Assembly: GCA_038727135.1 (NCBI GenBank) | Contig: JAVYWL010000002.1 | Location: 64,001 to 128,000 of the forward strand | From: Candidatus Bathyarchaeia archaeon | GTDB taxonomy: Archaea; Thermoproteota; Bathyarchaeia; Bathyarchaeales; Bathycorpusculaceae | Length of the DNA stretch: 64,000 bases | Direction of reading: 5' to 3' | Position numbers and translations under genes: made by a program | The notes under the pieces: generated by a model | Told to the model about the DNA's origin: nothing | Seen by the model: the letters and a program-made list of their open reading frames with translations, nothing else | Database searches by the model: none | In this document: piece by piece, positions 60,546-64,000 of the stretch | Layout of the letters: every line of letters starts with the position of its first letter | Position numbering within the stretch: position 1 is the first letter of the stretch

Positions 60546-61514
60546 TTAACCCTCAACCCTCCAGTACTTAGTGACCTTCTTGTTTTCTATCTCAAACAGT
60601 ATACCTCTTAACATTTCTTCTCCATACTCCGACCCGGGGTTTACTATTGGTACACCATCAATTTTCTCGATGCCACCAGATTCGTGAATGTGACCATGTA
60701 ACCCAATTTGAGGCTTATACTTTATTAGAGCTTCACGAACAGCTCTGCTTCCAACGTGCACAAATTCCACTTCCCCACCTATAGTTACTGGCTTGAGGTT
60801 CTTATCCAGTTTAGGCGCAAGATCAAGCCTAGTTCCATATGGTGGGCAGTGAAAGTTGAAGATTGATTGTCCAGGATCCTTCAACATTGAAACTAAGCCA
60901 TCTATCCTTTTCTTCATTTCTCCTTCCTCAAGTTCTCTCGGCGTGTCCCATGGCGTTGGATTTACATGATCAAAGCTTATTGTTTCAACGCCAGCTATTT
61001 CCACAACCTTATGCAAGGGATAAACCACCCCCATGTCCTCGTATTCTTTTATCACATCATCTACCTCAAAAATGTCATCATTTCCGGGCATAACTATTAA
61101 CTGCTTAGTTTTTGTGTCTATTTTTTCCACAGCCATATCCAGCCATTTTCTCAGTCTTTCAAGGATTGCGTCCTTCATGATTTCATCTATAACTTTTTCA
61201 GGATTCTTCTTTAGGTACTCAACCTCCTCCGGTGTTGTCATGTAAGGATAGTTTCCAGAATTTTCTATGCGCATCTTCATTTTCTCAAGCTCTTCCGGAG
61301 TTTTAAGGGTCCATGTTGATTTAAAGAAGCGAACAAGATATGTCCCATCTTTCTGTTTCATTATTGGAACAACCAGCTTGCCCGTGAGGTCTCCGCACAG
61401 CATTATTGTGTCTACTTTGTGGAAAATCGTCGCCGCAAGCCATTTCCTCCAAACCGCTGTACTTCCGTGGACGTCCACTGCAAAGAAAACCCTATGGGCA
61501 CTCAAACGGACCAC
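60546..61514 (-). CDS. calcineurin-like metallophosphoesterase
   Basis: DVHG, GDLTG, GNDD, HCPP, HGHIHE, NPGS. Confidence 0.88.
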   Translation of the reverse strand: MVRLSAHRVFFAVDVHGSTAVWRKWLAATIFHKVDTIMLCGDLTGKLVVPIMKQKDGTYLVRFFKSTWTLKTPEELEKMKMRIENSGNYPYMTTPEEVEYLKKNPEKVIDEIMKDAILERLRKWLDMAVEKIDTKTKQLIVMPGNDDIFEVDDVIKEYEDMGVVYPLHKVVEIAGVETISFDHVNPTPWDTPRELEEGEMKKRIDGLVSMLKDPGQSIFNFHCPPYGTRLDLAPKLDKNLKPVTIGGEVEFVHVGSRAVREALIKYKPQIGLHGHIHESGGIEKIDGVPIVNPGSEYGEEMLRGILFEIENKKVTKYWRVEG

Positions 61515-61568
61515 CAGCTTAAATTTTGGAAACAGATTATTTAAAGTTTAAAATTTGGATATGAGGGC

Positions 61569-62396
61569 TTATCTCACTATTTCTTCAACTTCCCTATACC
61601 ATGGTTTAGAGGTGCCCACCTTTGCCCTTTTCAGCCAATTCTTAGTCTTAGGTGTTTCATTGATAATTTCCAACAACTTATCAATTCTCTCTTTAATAAG
61701 CTCGTATTGCCTATTTGAAATTTTTGAATCGTTATGTAATGATTCAACGTATTTCATGACTTTATTCAAGTTGTTGGTTGCATCATACCAAAACCCCCAA
61801 TCGTCAGCCAAAACACTAGCTATTCTATTTCCCGTTTCTGCGTCAATATCATGTCCAGCGAATAGGATTATAAGGTCAATGACATCCTTAACATTCATTT
61901 GGTGTATCTGCAACTTTGTTAAAAATATGTCCGGCAGACTTATTGTTGGATAATCAGCCTCCAACCTGCCGTTTCCAGGTTTAGACCCGAAGAAGATGTC
62001 ATGGGAAAATTCAAGCTTATCAAAGAACACATCCACATGATAATAATTCAGCGGATGGCTGTAAACTAGTCTCTTATAGCCGAAAAGAGCATTCACCTGT
62101 ATGTTAGGTTTAAATTTGACAACCTTCTCAAAGAAATCTTTCACGGAATTTCTTTGCGCAGAATAGGCCATGAGATCCAAATCCGTGAACTTAGGTTTGC
62201 CCTCGCCGAACCTCTGTAATTCATCATACAACCTGAAAGCCTCAGAATGATCCTGAGTGTGCAAATAAACGGCAAGTGCGCCCAACACCCTTAAAACCAC
62301 ACCATTATCCCTAGCCTTATTTATTAGACACATAGCTTCTCTGACAAAGTCTTCGTCGGAAATCCTCACAAACTCTTCAGGCAATCTTATACCCAA
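61569..62396 (-). CDS. putative nucleotidyltransferase-fold protein
   Basis: LRVLGALAV...TDLDL...VDVF, then TKLQI...KD..D; Pol-beta-like hG[GS]/DxD/D pattern. Confidence 0.65.
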   Translation of the reverse strand: MGIRLPEEFVRISDEDFVREAMCLINKARDNGVVLRVLGALAVYLHTQDHSEAFRLYDELQRFGEGKPKFTDLDLMAYSAQRNSVKDFFEKVVKFKPNIQVNALFGYKRLVYSHPLNYYHVDVFFDKLEFSHDIFFGSKPGNGRLEADYPTISLPDIFLTKLQIHQMNVKDVIDLIILFAGHDIDAETGNRIASVLADDWGFWYDATNNLNKVMKYVESLHNDSKISNRQYELIKERIDKLLEIINETPKTKNWLKRAKVGTSKPWYREVEEIVR

Positions 62397-62558
62397 ATAT
62401 AATTTAATGGTACCAGTATTTTTAGTTTGATGTTAATCAAATGAAAACATCCCCTAAATATGGAAAACGTCAAGCGTAGAATCCCTCAAACCACACTTAC
62501 AACAATACCAAGAAACCCTACAACGTCTTGAAAGGAAGGAATGCGGGTTCGTCATAGG

Positions 62559-62667
62559 CGCCGGGGGTGGGATTTGAACCCACGCGGCCCTTTCGGGCCA
62601 CAGGCTCAGTGGCTGCTAGCAGACCTAGTCTCCAGGCCTGCTCCCTACCTGACTAGGAGACCCCGGC
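62559..62667 (-). tRNA. tRNA-Ser(GGA) with 23-nt intron at 37/38 (62607-62629)
   Basis: GCCGGGG/CCCCGGC acceptor, CAGGC-CTGGAG[intron]A-GCCTG, long variable arm, GTGGG-TTCAAAT-CCCAC; relaxed BHB. Confidence 0.93.
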
Positions 62668-62768
62668 GCTGTTTGTGCTATTATGTAATGCTTATTTGTT
62701 CTGTCTTATAATTATCCCTTTTCCGGTTTCCTTTGAAGTTTAGCGGAGTATTTGAGGGCTGGTGAAGG

Positions 62769-63386
62769 TTATTTTTCTGCCATTAGTACGCGGTAGCCGC
62801 TTTCTCTTGCTAGTATTGTGCAGTTGCCAAAGGCTTCTTCGAAGATTTGTTGGAGTCTTTTTCCGCCGATTTTTGATTTCACAACCATTTGTAATGTGGC
62901 TTTTTCAGCCATGTGTTTTGGGGCTTCTGTTATTATAGCTTTTACCGTGGCTAGTCCGGCGCTTACGGGCGGGTTTGATAATATGCAGTTAAAGCGTGTG
63001 CCTTCGACTGGTTGGTATAGGTGTCCCTTCCTAACCTCGGCGTTGTAGACATTGTTCAGCCTTATGTTTTGTCTTGCCAGCCTTACGGCTCTTTCGTTTA
63101 TGTCCACCATGACCACGTGAAGTTTTGGGTTTAGTTTTGCGGCGGCTATTCCGACAGCTCCATAGCCGCATCCCATGTCCAAAACGTAGCCGTTTTCTGG
63201 GAGAATCATAGTCTCTATTAATAGTCTTGTGCCTAGGTCTACACGCTTTTTTGAGAAGACTCCTGAGGCTGTTAGAAATTTGAAGGGTATACCTCTTAAT
63301 CTTGTTTGGATTATTCCAAATTTCGGCTTTGCCTTTGGTTTAGGCGCAAAATAGTGGTTTGTTTGGCTGTTCTTGCCGTTGGGCAT
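62769..63386 (-). CDS. RsmC/MTS-like class I SAM methyltransferase
   Basis: GVFS...D.GT.LL, DMGCGYG, SNPP; TAATG coupling with cbf5. Confidence 0.85.
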   Translation of the reverse strand: MPNGKNSQTNHYFAPKPKAKPKFGIIQTRLRGIPFKFLTASGVFSKKRVDLGTRLLIETMILPENGYVLDMGCGYGAVGIAAAKLNPKLHVVMVDINERAVRLARQNIRLNNVYNAEVRKGHLYQPVEGTRFNCILSNPPVSAGLATVKAIITEAPKHMAEKATLQMVVKSKIGGKRLQQIFEEAFGNCTILARESGYRVLMAEK

Positions 63387-64000
63387 TATATTTCGCCGCT
63401 TTTCCAACACTTTGGATATGTGCCCCTTGGCATTAAAACCCTTTTTACTTTGGCGACCACGCCAAGCTCCATGTTTAAGATTTCCTCTGTAGATGCTTCA
63501 GCTATCGCTAGGGCTACTGCCTCACCTTTTAAGGTGAAGATTGCCACCATTGAGCCGGCGCTTATTCCGGTTTCGAGGGATAAGACGCCTGGAGCGGTTA
63601 GGTTTGCTCCGTGGCATATGGCGTCAACAGCCGAGTCCCTAATGTAAATTTTTGGCACAAGGGCTAGGGCTTTCTCCATGGGCTGAATAATCTTTTTTAG
63701 GATTGCTTCGTCTCCACTTTTTTGCCACTCCATGAACCAGTAGGCTACATCATGTAGTGTCACCATGCCTTCTTCTTCAACGAAGGGTCCGGCTCTTGTT
63801 CTGCGGAGTTCCTGCATGTGCGCCCCACAGCCTAGAACCTCGCCGATGTCGAAGCACAGTTTGCGGATGTATGTGCCGCCTTCGCAGCCAACCTTAAAGA
63901 GCACGTTTCTCCCATCCATTTCAAGAAAGTCAACGTAGTAAATTCGCCTAGTGCGGAGCTGCCGCTTGACAGAAGCCCTTAATGGTGGTCTCTGATAGAT
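63386..64000 (-). CDS. cbf5: H/ACA pseudouridine synthase Cbf5 (partial, 5' end outside window)
   Basis: [31 protein letters not shown] domain, YPKCW. Confidence 0.95.
   Translation of the reverse strand: MYQRPPLRASVKRQLRTRRIYYVDFLEMDGRNVLFKVGCEGGTYIRKLCFDIGEVLGCGAHMQELRRTRAGPFVEEEGMVTLHDVAYWFMEWQKSGDEAILKKIIQPMEKALALVPKIYIRDSAVDAICHGANLTAPGVLSLETGISAGSMVAIFTLKGEAVALAIAEASTEEILNMELGVVAKVKRVLMPRGTYPKCWKSGEI

Noticed and set aside
62400-62556. Possible split SSV-type integrase fragment reading into tRNA-Ser(GGA)
   Set aside because: The GFEP frame has a TAG immediately before the tRNA and no integrase-like sequence.
576-63647. Numerous 60-180 aa ORFs antisense or off-frame to identified genes
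   Set aside because: Shadow ORFs without motifs, fully explained by the opposite-strand CDS.
1-64000. CRISPR array, transposase, integrase or att-site duplications
   Set aside because: No regularly spaced repeats, no recognisable mobile-element ORF, and no duplicate of any tRNA 3' end seen by eye.

Overview
Gene-dense archaeal chromosomal window. The gene content (Cbf5, Rpl35Ae, membrane-anchored LonB, Hjc, Trm11, RNase Z, intron-containing tRNA, multi-PAS histidine kinase, V4R protein) suggests Bathyarchaeia/TACK; this is inference, not a database result. It holds about 65 CDS and three tRNAs (Ser-GCT, Phe-GAA, intron-containing Ser-GGA). I saw no CRISPR array, transposase or integrase. Most genes are housekeeping or metabolic. 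The strongest candidates for undescribed systems are: (1) a two-gene unit of a winged-helix-fused KaiC/RecA-type ATPase and an ATP-dependent DNA ligase with an extra N-terminal HTH-like segment, at the end of a co-oriented V4R / AbrB-like / PAS-kinase / receiver signalling string; (2) a tRNA-adjacent islet of nucleotidyltransferase-fold protein + metallophosphoesterase + APC permease; (3) a split RLAN/RimK ATP-grasp + GCS2 peptide-ligase locus; (4) an ~850-bp non-coding stretch packed with inverted repeats; (5) a coiled-coil-wHTH + MinD/ParA pair with an unannotated 39-aa CxxC/CxxC microprotein. Four genes carry single-base frameshifts that could be real or assembly errors.
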